Positions 10,401 through 18,760 of a stretch of 64,000 nt of DNA are shown one piece after another. Origin of the DNA: a virus. The translations under genes and the position numbers were made by a program. The notes beneath the pieces were generated by a model. That model worked only from the letters and a program-made list of their open reading frames with translations. It was not told the DNA's origin and did no database searches. Within the stretch, counting starts at the first letter, position 1. Each line of letters opens with the position of its first letter. Where the stretch lies: IMG/VR virus record IMGVR_UViG_3300032213_003144, positions 32,001-96,000 of that record; one strand, 5' to 3'.

Positions 10401-11578
10401 ACAGCAGACCCACCGTCACCCCAAGTTCCATCAACTGCGGTCAGAGTTTCCCCATAAGCAACAGTTCCAGACATTGATGTTCCACCAGATGTTGTTGGAG
10501 CCGTAGACCCTGCAAGGAGAGTAAACGACCGACTTACCGTGGCTGCTGCTACATATGAGTTATTAGAAGCACTATTCGTGGAGATGGTGCAAGTTCCTGT
10601 TTGACTAGCCAACACCGTCACTGTTGCAGTTGAAGTTCCACCGCTATCTGTTGATGAACCAACGGTGCACTTGTTTGTAGTGCTGGATGTAAAAGTAACC
10701 GACAACCCAGAAGTAGCAGTGGCTGAGACAGTAAATGTTTGGTTTGATGAAGATGTAACTATGTCGGCAGGCTGAGCAAAAGTAATACTGTTTGCGCTGG
10801 CTACGGATATTGCTGAGTCAATATACATTGACGCACCAAGGGCTTGACCGCCAGTTGCATCATAGGAACCATTCACAAACCTGAATCTGTAATAACCAGT
10901 AGATGGAACTATTCCGCTAGAAGTGACCCATGATTGGTTTTGCCCACGTCCGTATGAAACCAAAGTTGAGGTAGCACTAGAGCCATAGTCGTATGTGTTT
11001 CCACTTGCCGAAACCTGAACCAAGTATCCGTATGCTTCGTAGTCGTCACCACCACCAGCTGCGGCCCAGTCAAAAGAAATTGATTGATTCGCTGTGGCGG
11101 GAAACGGCTGGGTCCATATTTCTGGTCCAAACGCCGAACCGTATGTTCCATGATTATTACAAGTATTGGCATAGGAAATAACGCCAGAAGAGAAGAGACG
11201 AATTACTCCACTACGTCCGCCATATGCTTCTCCTGTAGATGTTGAGTAGGACAAGTTCTGGGTAGTCGCTTCTTGGCCTTCGTACAACTGCTGTTCTCGC
11301 GTGTAGTTCTTGTCGGTTACATAGGAATATGAACTATTGGAGGTGGCATCGGTGCCAGTCATTGTGTATGGCCCAATCCCTTGCTTGCCTAGAACCGCAC
11401 ATTGGGTTCGGCTTGCCAATGAACCTAGGGTTACCTTTGCTGCCGCAGTTGACTCAAAAACAGGCGACAATGCCTTAACTGGCGAAGAGAAGCCAAAAAT
11501 CGATACCAGTAAGAGGAATACCGAAGGCACAGCCATGATGGCTGCGGGTTTATTAATCCGGCGACGCCGTACGAACAT
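7403..11578 (-). CDS. Large secreted, membrane-anchored surface protein (Ig-like and beta-helix domains, Thr-rich linker, acidic helical repeats, C-terminal TMs)
   Basis: Basic N-terminus plus hydrophobic signal; VTNLLDTSGSGSLRWAI beta-helix cap; F-x-x-N repeats; poly-Thr tract; two C-terminal hydrophobic helices. Confidence 0.8.
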   Translation of the reverse strand: MFVRRRRINKPAAIMAVPSVFLLLVSIFGFSSPVKALSPVFESTAAAKVTLGSLASRTQCAVLGKQGIGPYTMTGTDATSNSSYSYVTDKNYTREQQLYEGQEATTQNLSYSTSTGEAYGGRSGVIRLFSSGVISYANTCNNHGTYGSAFGPEIWTQPFPATANQSISFDWAAAGGGDDYEAYGYLVQVSASGNTYDYGSSATSTLVSYGRGQNQSWVTSSGIVPSTGYYRFRFVNGSYDATGGQALGASMYIDSAISVASANSITFAQPADIVTSSSNQTFTVSATATSGLSVTFTSSTTNKCTVGSSTDSGGTSTATVTVLASQTGTCTISTNSASNNSYVAAATVSRSFTLLAGSTAPTTSGGTSMSGTVAYGETLTAVDGTWGDGGSAVTATTYQWQSCTPSSCTWTNISGATSSTYAVGSDDVAKQIRVRVTKTNSIGSLTANSAASITVPAPTSVIVTNLLDTSGSGSLRWAITTANASATINTITFASGNTGTITLTSALPAISDNLTITGAGLTSTIIDGNNLYRPFNISSGKSLTISDMTLKKGQATNGGLVNNGAGTFSATDVRFTGMTAGSAVFNNGGGSVSTLTDTTFDYLYVGIAGDYGSTPSALSQTDSDYTNRTYVYDSVFSNNTYGISGERFFKINNTQFISNTQVGAELGGLNRQQVTNSTFTSNGTGVYFSSWIPTGWAVGAGNQTVSGNTFNGNTTAIQFANNWNTGSSVYNGVSANSFSTASGNTFGNTSANTNNFSGSGYAESGNTITTTTTTTSSTTTTSTTSTTSTTTTTTVPTTTTTTVYVPPVVVIIPPVDTGTTSTSVSPVVVTPPDDTTVPLPQLPEPETESTTVTLPVGTEPETALPGIVIPPVGTEPETVVVIIPSDEVTLPDAGEAISTGDLAGILDNAFTPDASSEEVTAVLDGLLDADLTPKQFDAVVDAALGSLEEPGADVGAVIDSFLEADLTDKEFTKVLDAVFSEDVSSEVFTEALTTMLGADLSDKEFDKVLDAAFSETTSPEAMVSALSSIFDGPASGADISKVMGAVFDEDISVEDTKTVLGDLLETNLSASEAEAVFDNVFDSDLSDAETIDLIVDVLKDGLTAENLGAALGAVFDEEVSTEVLIETFTAVLDGELNAESVRVIVDVLESDTITGEQVAQVVTLVIEQEGGIESGQATELATSAKVLESIDGEQASAVFNAIVVAEVSEEAGAAISEALTDAPTDVKESFEEEINVFAGVFDTYVALGSSIDVGTRRSVIAVNLVTSTVALATAAGGIPTPGPSAPSAPRQDVAARREEEETEEGGAIEGEGPDWIKRISIYKYEDGVRVMDWKNFTRKFVYGIMASGFTLAGATVMYFTLSGLTQQIALWGTLLAFAGSMYLHMKEPDSD
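9172..9278 (-). repeat. Low-complexity ACN-codon tract encoding a mucin-like Thr/Ser linker
   Basis: TTTTTTTSSTTTTSTTSTTSTTTTTTVPTTTTTTV. Confidence 0.9.
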
Positions 11579-11645
11579 GGGGCCTCCTTAAAAAAGACCT
11601 CCAATTCTACCATTTAGAAATTATTCAACTGATGAATTTTCGTGA

Positions 11646-11662
11646 TGTAATATGTTGGTATG
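11646..11662 (+). promoter_or_regulatory. -10 element for a leaderless transcript
   Basis: TAATAT (11648-11653) then 6 nt then ATG (11660). Confidence 0.55.
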
Positions 11663-12538
11663 GCGTACAACAAATTTGAGACAATTCTCCCTATGTCCAT
11701 ATACGACATATCCCTGCAGTCTGCCAATGGCAAAGATAGCGATATTCTGTCAATCAGGAAAGGGAAAGTCACGCTTATATTCAATGTCGCTGCAGGATGT
11801 GGGAACATCCCACAGCACTCAGTTATTGAAGAGCTAAATCAAAAATACAAGAACGAAGATGACTTTGGGATAATTGCTGTAGTTGTTGATGACTTCACCT
11901 GCCACGGATACCCAGAATTCCAAGACGGGATTAAGAAGTACATCGAAGTAAATAATCTAGAACTAACCCCAGGTCAAGTGTCCCAGAAATATGCCGTCGA
12001 CCACTTCGGCGTTACTTATGATTTTTCGGAGTTGACAAACGGAAGATACGACAAGCACAGGTATGACCCAAGTTTCGTGCCCGGTTTAGTAAAAGAACAA
12101 GAACAGCACACCCTTTGGCATTACCTTACTGGAGCACATGAAGCCGACTTAAACGAAAATGGAGTTCCATATCACGACGAAGAAGTCCCATGGTCTGACA
12201 TCGAGCCAATAGACACCTGGGGCAAGAAGACGTTTACGCCACTAAGGGGAAATTTTGAAAAGTTTTTAATTGATAGAACTGGGACAAAAGTTAAAAGATA
12301 TGCAAACGGATTCCTGCTTGGGGAAAGGGACTATATCGGTGCAACATTTCCCTGGGTTGAAGAAAAATATCAAGAAAACGGTAAGAGGGATTGGAATCCA
12401 GTTAATACCAAAAAAGAAAATCAGGAACCAACTCCAAAAGGCCAGAAAACAAGCTGGCCCACAAAAGAGCAGAGAATGGGTATGGACGTTTCGCTTAAAT
12501 CAATTAGCGAAGATATCGATGAGTATTTAGGAAAATAA
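11660..12538 (+). CDS. Glutathione-peroxidase-like thioredoxin-fold protein
   Basis: SIYDISL...KGKVTLIFNVAAGCG...Q and NFEKFLIDRTG motifs of GPx/BtuE, with large insertions. Confidence 0.8.
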   Translation: MAYNKFETILPMSIYDISLQSANGKDSDILSIRKGKVTLIFNVAAGCGNIPQHSVIEELNQKYKNEDDFGIIAVVVDDFTCHGYPEFQDGIKKYIEVNNLELTPGQVSQKYAVDHFGVTYDFSELTNGRYDKHRYDPSFVPGLVKEQEQHTLWHYLTGAHEADLNENGVPYHDEEVPWSDIEPIDTWGKKTFTPLRGNFEKFLIDRTGTKVKRYANGFLLGERDYIGATFPWVEEKYQENGKRDWNPVNTKKENQEPTPKGQKTSWPTKEQRMGMDVSLKSISEDIDEYLGK

Positions 12539-12547
12539 ACTAAAGTT

Positions 12548-13420
12548 TTAATTATTTTTAAAATAACTAACAGACCTGCTTATTCCTTCTTCAAGAGTTA
12601 TCTTGGGGGTGTAGAAAGACAACATCTTCGTAGGGTCGCAAACGCGATATTGAACGCCTTCCGGTGCTTCAATTATTCTTTCGAACTCAGGAGAATAACC
12701 GCATTCATTTGCCACCAAAGTTGCTAAGTCATTAAATGAAGTAACTCGTCCAAGCCCTAAATTCACTGGACCCTGTATGTCTTGTCGAACGGCTTCTAGT
12801 GTTGCAGCGACCACATCTTCCATATGTATGAAGTCTCTAACCTGATTTCCTGAACCCCAAATCTTGAACGGATTTGCTTTTTCAACACCACGCTTAATAA
12901 ACGATGGGAAAGGATAATCCAGCGATTGGTCCTCTCCGTATCCAGAAAACGGACGGAACACATGGACTCTTAGTCCTTCTTTTTCTGCATAACCAGCGAG
13001 CATCTCTCCGGTGAGTTTTGCCCAACCGTATGTGTAGTCGGGGGATTGAATATTATTTAAGTCAATATCCGACTCAGTGAGATGGTGGGTAGAACCATAA
13101 TCTTGCAATTTGATTGGATAGGCAGCCGAAGAAGAGTAATAAATAATCCTTCCTGGTTTTGTTCTCAGCGCCCACTGAAATAGCTCAGAATCAATCGCTA
13201 GGTCGACTGCAACCGATAATGGCTCACCCTCAATTGTTGCTCTTCCCCCAACTATTGCGGCCAAATGAACCACTAGGTCAAAGTTAGTTTCGTCTGTTGC
13301 AAAAAATTTACGGGCGTCTATTCCGTTTTTTATATCCAAGCCCGTTATGTCGTGACCATCAAGTGCTTTGTGGAAATATCCCCCCACAAAACCAGCGTCG
13401 CCAGTGATAAGAATTTTCAT
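12548..13420 (-). CDS. NAD-dependent nucleotide-sugar epimerase/dehydratase
   Basis: ITGDAGFVG Rossmann motif, HLAA, SSSAAY, YGWAK (YxxxK), RDFIH. Confidence 0.93.
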   Translation of the reverse strand: MKILITGDAGFVGGYFHKALDGHDITGLDIKNGIDARKFFATDETNFDLVVHLAAIVGGRATIEGEPLSVAVDLAIDSELFQWALRTKPGRIIYYSSSAAYPIKLQDYGSTHHLTESDIDLNNIQSPDYTYGWAKLTGEMLAGYAEKEGLRVHVFRPFSGYGEDQSLDYPFPSFIKRGVEKANPFKIWGSGNQVRDFIHMEDVVAATLEAVRQDIQGPVNLGLGRVTSFNDLATLVANECGYSPEFERIIEAPEGVQYRVCDPTKMLSFYTPKITLEEGISRSVSYFKNN

Positions 13421-14004
13421 GAGTTTAAAGACTCACATAATGCTACTTGGAACATGCCAGGCGTTTCGTGGCTGACAACTTTCCATCCATTCGATTCAAG
13501 CATTCGAGCGTATCCTTCGACGTCCCATGCCCAAGTATGATATCCATAGTGGGCATCAATGGTTTCCGTCCACGGAGAACTAGCAATTAGATACTTGCTT
13601 TTTTTACTAACCATATCGACGAACTGATGTGGTCCTACTAGATGCTCAATCATTTCTGTTGCAATAGCAATATCTGCCCAGTCAATTTGGTCAAATACAT
13701 TTCCATAACGAACGTCTTGATTTCTATCTACCGCTCCAGCAACGTTCGATGGTTGCAAATCATAACCCCATTTTTGAGCTTTGGGAATTTCTGTTAGCAG
13801 CGACAAAAGACCACCGTCACCAGCACCCAGGTCAACAACTGTCAGGTCTGACGACCACACAGACATAGCAAATCGTGCTGCGGTATCCAAACGAGGTCGG
13901 TGCATTTCTTGGTCAACGTGAGGCGCAATCTCCCGGTCTAAATACCATTCTGCAGTGCAATACTCAGGAATTACATCTAATGGGAAAAGTCTGTCTTCTC
14001 TCAT
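13417..14004 (-). CDS. Class I SAM-dependent methyltransferase
   Basis: VVDLGAGDG motif I; EMIEHL. Confidence 0.88.
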   Translation of the reverse strand: MREDRLFPLDVIPEYCTAEWYLDREIAPHVDQEMHRPRLDTAARFAMSVWSSDLTVVDLGAGDGGLLSLLTEIPKAQKWGYDLQPSNVAGAVDRNQDVRYGNVFDQIDWADIAIATEMIEHLVGPHQFVDMVSKKSKYLIASSPWTETIDAHYGYHTWAWDVEGYARMLESNGWKVVSHETPGMFQVALCESLNS

Positions 14005-14669
14005 TTTATGTTTCTTAGTTTTTGTAAGTCATCTTGTAGTTGGGTGGCAACATAATTGTGAAATGTTATTTCATCAGCACCCCATACCTCTGGGCTGTTT
14101 GCTTCGGTATACGTGTTATCTGAAAGTGCTTTTTGAAAATTAGGATGCACGTGTTCAATAATCACATCATTAAAATATGTGATGTTTGTTCCACGCCCAA
14201 GCTCCATCCAGAAGTTGTCTAAGAATAAGTGGATGCTTCCCGGAACGCATATGTACCCCAGGGTGTTGACAATATTGGATGTCATTGCGACTGACGTAGC
14301 CAACCCAGCGCCGTGAGCAAGGTCGTTGCCGTAAACCACCCCCACCTTGAGTCTGTCTAATTCGTTAATAAAAGTCTCATCCCACCCTTTAGTGCGAGGC
14401 AGGTGGTCATCCCCCATGAACCCAATATTTCGTGAAGTTGCTGCTATTTCTGGAGCAACAACATTAAGAGTGCCGCCAATTCTGATGCGCGGTCCGACTA
14501 GTATGTCAATATTGGGGATAGAAAGATAGTCGTCAAGTTTCGAGTCGTCATCATCAACGAGTACAAGTAGACGCGTATTGCGTGTGGTTGTCGTACCCCA
14601 TGCGTCTATTAAGCGAATTATGTTTTCAGGTCGTCCACGAGATGGGACGAGTATGGTCATTTCAGACAT
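14001..14669 (-). CDS. Glycosyltransferase, GT-A fold (family 2-like)
   Basis: ILVPSRGRP, VDDDD, FMGDD (DxD-like), EHVH. Confidence 0.85.
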   Translation of the reverse strand: MSEMTILVPSRGRPENIIRLIDAWGTTTTRNTRLLVLVDDDDSKLDDYLSIPNIDILVGPRIRIGGTLNVVAPEIAATSRNIGFMGDDHLPRTKGWDETFINELDRLKVGVVYGNDLAHGAGLATSVAMTSNIVNTLGYICVPGSIHLFLDNFWMELGRGTNITYFNDVIIEHVHPNFQKALSDNTYTEANSPEVWGADEITFHNYVATQLQDDLQKLRNIK

Positions 14670-14702
14670 TTTAATCCTTGCTCTAATGATTCTATTAACA
14701 TT

Positions 14703-15284
14703 TTACCAGCGACCTGGCAACCCGGACGTATTTGCGTGGTGATGATACCAATTCCATGTTGTGTCAGGAATTGCTAAAAATTTACCGCCAGCATCATAAA
14801 TACTTTTCCAAAATGGAAAATCTTGAATTCCCCAAGCGCCTATATTGCCTTCTTCTGGCATAAACACGGCTTTTGAATCTAAAATTAATGAACGGCGAAC
14901 AATACAAGTAATGGGAAAAATGTGGGGGTCATTTACATCCCATTGACGACCTTTGTGCATAGGGAACGGGTCAGAGCCTCCGATGACATCAAACCAACCC
15001 CACACGACATCCGCCTGATGCTCATTCGCCCTGGTGAGCAAGGTTCCAACATGATGAGGCTGAAACTCATCGTCATCGTCCAAAAAAGCAATCCATTCGC
15101 TATTTGCCATCCTTGTGGCATTGTTTCGGTTTTCCCACGCACCTGCTTTTTTTGTGTCGACCGAAATACAAATTTCGGATACAGGATGTGTTTGTTTTAA
15201 AACGCTTGGAAATGCACGAGTGGTCAACAAATCAGAACGTGTAGGGATGGATGGTATACAAACGGAAACTGTATCCAAAATCAC
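14703..15284 (-). CDS. Glycosyltransferase family 2
   Basis: VSVCIPS, RN-x-A, WIAFLDDDDE, QD-x-x-FW. Confidence 0.9.
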   Translation of the reverse strand: MILDTVSVCIPSIPTRSDLLTTRAFPSVLKQTHPVSEICISVDTKKAGAWENRNNATRMANSEWIAFLDDDDEFQPHHVGTLLTRANEHQADVVWGWFDVIGGSDPFPMHKGRQWDVNDPHIFPITCIVRRSLILDSKAVFMPEEGNIGAWGIQDFPFWKSIYDAGGKFLAIPDTTWNWYHHHANTSGLPGRW

Positions 15285-16372
15285 AATTTCTCCAATATAA
15301 ATTTGAACGTTGCATCCCAGTCATCGCCTCTCGCGTTCATGTTAAATTTTTCTAACAACCTTCTGTTTTCATGCATCTCGTCAATTCTCATTTGATGATT
15401 CATCAATTCATCTAGGTGATAAATCCATTCTTCGTCAGTTTTTGCCAATCTTCCTATCCCTTTGGACGCAAGCAGCTCGTATTCTGGAGAATAAGAAGTT
15501 ACGAAAGGTACGCCAGCAGCTGCATATTCAAGACCTTTTATAAAAGATTTAGCATGATTGAATTCAATGTTATTTAATGGAATAATTCCTATATCGATTG
15601 GTGTTAGTAATCCCGGATATGATTCTATTGGAGCCATAGGAGTTGAATTAAAACGTGATTTTTCTATACCAAGAAGTTCGCAAGCAGATGGTGCTGTGGG
15701 TGAGTGGCCGGAGTGGTGAAAGTATGTTCCTCTAGATTTTATGTAATCACCCATAAATCCAGAAAGCTGTTCAAGGTCATTCGAGCGCCAGTGTGTTGCC
15801 CCAACCCAGCCTATATTCGGTTTTTTTTGGTAACGAATATTTTTTATTTTATATCTATCGGAATCAATTCCATTCCTGACCATAAACACATTGTTTCTTT
15901 TTTTCCCATAGTAATCAAAAAGAAATGGTGTTGAAGTTATTACGGCATCAGCCTGCATGATTATTTGAGCGTATATTTCCCTGTTGTTGTCGGGATTTTC
16001 TTTGGGGTCTGTTGCCTTGAATGCTCTATTGGTTTCGGACAACCCATCAAACCAGTCGTCTATATCAACTACTAGCTTTTGTCCCATTGCTTGAGCAAGT
16101 GGCATTTTTTCGAGTACCTCACGCTGCATGAGGAGTTTGAAAACAATTATGTCCCAGCCATGAACTGATTGTGAGTCCGCCAGAACCATGCCAAAACCCC
16201 TATCGTCGCTAAATCCAGGGAATCCCACAGCAGTAAACCATCCACGCTTGTTGAGTTCATGAGATGGGAGGGTGCACCTGTAGTAGCAACAGCCATTTGG
16301 CTGGAGCGGGTCTGTACCCCAGGCCCAATCGTGAGTCATGAAACCAATAGTTGGCTTTTGAGGTTTCTTCAT
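15281..16372 (-). CDS. Glycosyltransferase, GT-B fold (family 4-like)
   Basis: YYR-x-x-LP, DIDD, RNGID, IGWVG, DIGIIPL...KS-x-IKGLEYAAAGVP. Confidence 0.88.
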   Translation of the reverse strand: MKKPQKPTIGFMTHDWAWGTDPLQPNGCCYYRCTLPSHELNKRGWFTAVGFPGFSDDRGFGMVLADSQSVHGWDIIVFKLLMQREVLEKMPLAQAMGQKLVVDIDDWFDGLSETNRAFKATDPKENPDNNREIYAQIIMQADAVITSTPFLFDYYGKKRNNVFMVRNGIDSDRYKIKNIRYQKKPNIGWVGATHWRSNDLEQLSGFMGDYIKSRGTYFHHSGHSPTAPSACELLGIEKSRFNSTPMAPIESYPGLLTPIDIGIIPLNNIEFNHAKSFIKGLEYAAAGVPFVTSYSPEYELLASKGIGRLAKTDEEWIYHLDELMNHQMRIDEMHENRRLLEKFNMNARGDDWDATFKFILEKL

Positions 16373-16475
16373 AAGTCTGAAATGCTATATCACTTAACTC
16401 ACACGCGCAATCAAGTGATTTTACAAAAAACACTGTGATAATATATAAACACCCAACCAAAAAAATGGAGTAAAC

Positions 16476-16691
16476 ATGAGCACAAAGTTTATTAAGGACA
16501 TTGCAGAAAGAGCAGTAAAGACATTCGTTCAGGCCTATCTAGCCGCATGGGTTGTTGCTGGTTCTGATTTCGATGCACTTACCGACATGGCAAATGTAAA
16601 AATTGGAGTTGTTGCTGTGGCTGCATCAATTGCCATGAGCATGGGTCTAAAGAATGTTGGTCCAAACAAGGATTCTGCTTCAGCTATTTGA
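16476..16691 (+). CDS. Holin (r1t-type)
   Basis: AERAVKTFVQA signature plus two TM segments; GGAG RBS. Confidence 0.85.
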   Translation: MSTKFIKDIAERAVKTFVQAYLAAWVVAGSDFDALTDMANVKIGVVAVAASIAMSMGLKNVGPNKDSASAI

Positions 16692-16757
16692 AATACTGCC
16701 TTTCTTGGCGGCGTTCCTAATCTACAATTTCTATGTCGTTAGTGAGGAGCGCGCGCC

Positions 16758-17138
16758 ATGAGGGCAGGTAAGTACGATATGACATGTGAGCAAGGGACCA
16801 CGTTTATACGAACCCTCGCCGTACTTCAACCAGACCTTGAAAATGACCCAACTGGCGAGACTTTCGAGATTATGGACCTCACTGGTTATACCGCAAGAAT
16901 GCAGGTCAGAAGAACAATTGAGAACACCAGCAAGATGCTTGAGCTGACCACAGCAAATGGCTCCCTAGACGTCACCTTCCAGGACCAGTCAAACGTTATT
17001 AGAATTTTCTTACCAGCTGAAGTAACGGCGAGTGTCAGTACGAGTGGTGTTTACGACCTTGAGCTAATCAACCAAGGTGGAGAAGTCTCGCGACTTGTAG
17101 AAGGAAATTTTATAGTTGTTCCTGAGGTGACACGATGA
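16758..17138 (+). CDS. Virion structural protein (BppU/LtfC-like adaptor domain)
   Basis: EQGTTF...DLTGYTARMQVR...GVYDLEL...RLVEG-x-F-x-V-x-PEVTR pattern common ahead of tail-fibre clusters. Confidence 0.7.
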   Translation: MRAGKYDMTCEQGTTFIRTLAVLQPDLENDPTGETFEIMDLTGYTARMQVRRTIENTSKMLELTTANGSLDVTFQDQSNVIRIFLPAEVTASVSTSGVYDLELINQGGEVSRLVEGNFIVVPEVTR

Positions 17139-17413
17139 GTGATGTCCCAAACCGCGTAATAATTGACCAAGATGTTCCTAACAGAGTATTAATTCAGACC
17201 GGAACTGCCGGTGCAAATACAAGAAGACACATCCACACTCAGGCCTCAGTTTCCAATGAATGGACAGTAACCCACTCACTTGGAGGCAAACCACAGGTAA
17301 CCGTTGTTGATAGTTCGGATACCTGTGTCTTTGGTGAGGTAATATATATAAGCAATTCACAGCTAAAGGTGTTGTTCTCGTCACCTTTTTCGGGATTTGC
17401 CTACTTAACATAA
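17135..17413 (+). CDS. Small tail-associated beta protein
   Basis: HTQ...WTVTHSLG-x-KP-x-VTVVD...F-x-x-PFSG-x-AYL; resembles the C-terminal domain of the next gene. Confidence 0.65.
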   Translation: MSDVPNRVIIDQDVPNRVLIQTGTAGANTRRHIHTQASVSNEWTVTHSLGGKPQVTVVDSSDTCVFGEVIYISNSQLKVLFSSPFSGFAYLT

Positions 17414-17423
17414 GGCAGGACTA

Positions 17424-18707
17424 ATGGCTCAAAAGTTTCTAACAAATATAGACCTAGTAAATAACCAGATTCTTAACGCCCGGTTTGAGTCTGTTTCGTC
17501 GGACCCAGGCTCGAATCTGTTTGAGGGTCGCCTCATCTACAACACCACAACGGACACAATTAAGGCTTACGCAAATGGCGCATGGCGCTCCATGCCACAC
17601 ACCATCACTTCCGGTGGAGCGAATACTGCCGGGATAACAATCGGTGAACTCAACGGAACAGTTACCCTCACTCTTAACCTCGCCACCGCTTCATCAGTCG
17701 GTTTGCTGACTGCAGCGCATTTTACAGACCTTAATACATCGACCAGCGCAGCAACTGGCTCCACTCTTGTAAAAAGAGACGCAAGCGGCAATATTTCGGT
17801 TGCTACCCCAACAGAATCGTCACACGCTGCAACCAAGGGCTATGTGGACGCTGCTCGTTCTGGCTTGGATGTCAAGGATTCCGTAAGGGTTGCCACAACA
17901 GCGGCAATCAATATCTCCTCAGACCTTCAGAACGGTGACGCAATAGATGGGGTGACCCTTGCAACTGGAGACAGGGTTCTTGTTAAGAACCAAAGTTCTG
18001 GTGCAGAAAACGGTATTTATGTTGTAGTTGCTACTGGCGTTGCATCACGTTCAACCGATGCTGATACTTCTGCTGAAGTCACAAGCGGAATGTTCACCTT
18101 TGTTACAGAAGGTTCAACAAACGCTGATAGTGGTTGGGTCCTCTCAACAAATGACACAATTACCCTTGGAACAACAGCATTAACTTTTGCACAATTCTCG
18201 GGAGCTGGTCAAATTACGGCTGGTGCTGGTTTAACAAAATCAGGAAACACGATTGATGCTGTTGGGACTGCAGACAGAATAACCGTAAACGCCGACAGCA
18301 TAGATATCGCTTCAACCTACGTTGGTCAATCAACCATTACCACCCTCGGCACGGTAACTACCGGCACATGGAGCGCGAGCACCATTGCAATCGCTAAGGG
18401 CGGTACAAACGCAACCACTGAGTCTGGTGCTCGAACCAATCTTGCTGCAGGCGGAACTCAGGGTGCTGGTGTAACTGCCCCTGTTCTTTCAAGAAAAGTT
18501 GCGCTAACAATTGGTGATGCCTCTTCTGCAACATTTACAGTGACGCATGGTTTTAATACCAGAGATGTGCAAGTTGAAATATACGAAGCAGCAAGTCCGT
18601 ACGCATCTGTTATTTGTGATGTCGAGAGAACGACAGTGGATGCTGTGACTATCAGCTTTGCTACCGCTCCAGGTTCTGGAGCATATAGGGTTGTTGTAAC
18701 AGGTTAA
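17424..18707 (+). CDS. Tail fibre / tail-associated structural protein
   Basis: AATKGYVD; VRVATTA...DGVTL-x-x-GDRVLVKNQ...NGIY...FTFVTEG domain; C-terminal TVTHGFNTRDV domain. Confidence 0.8.
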   Translation: MAQKFLTNIDLVNNQILNARFESVSSDPGSNLFEGRLIYNTTTDTIKAYANGAWRSMPHTITSGGANTAGITIGELNGTVTLTLNLATASSVGLLTAAHFTDLNTSTSAATGSTLVKRDASGNISVATPTESSHAATKGYVDAARSGLDVKDSVRVATTAAINISSDLQNGDAIDGVTLATGDRVLVKNQSSGAENGIYVVVATGVASRSTDADTSAEVTSGMFTFVTEGSTNADSGWVLSTNDTITLGTTALTFAQFSGAGQITAGAGLTKSGNTIDAVGTADRITVNADSIDIASTYVGQSTITTLGTVTTGTWSASTIAIAKGGTNATTESGARTNLAAGGTQGAGVTAPVLSRKVALTIGDASSATFTVTHGFNTRDVQVEIYEAASPYASVICDVERTTVDAVTISFATAPGSGAYRVVVTG

Positions 18708-18760
18708 CCATAGTGCCTTGAGGGGTGCGAACGATTTAGAAAACAGTTGAGGCTGTATTC

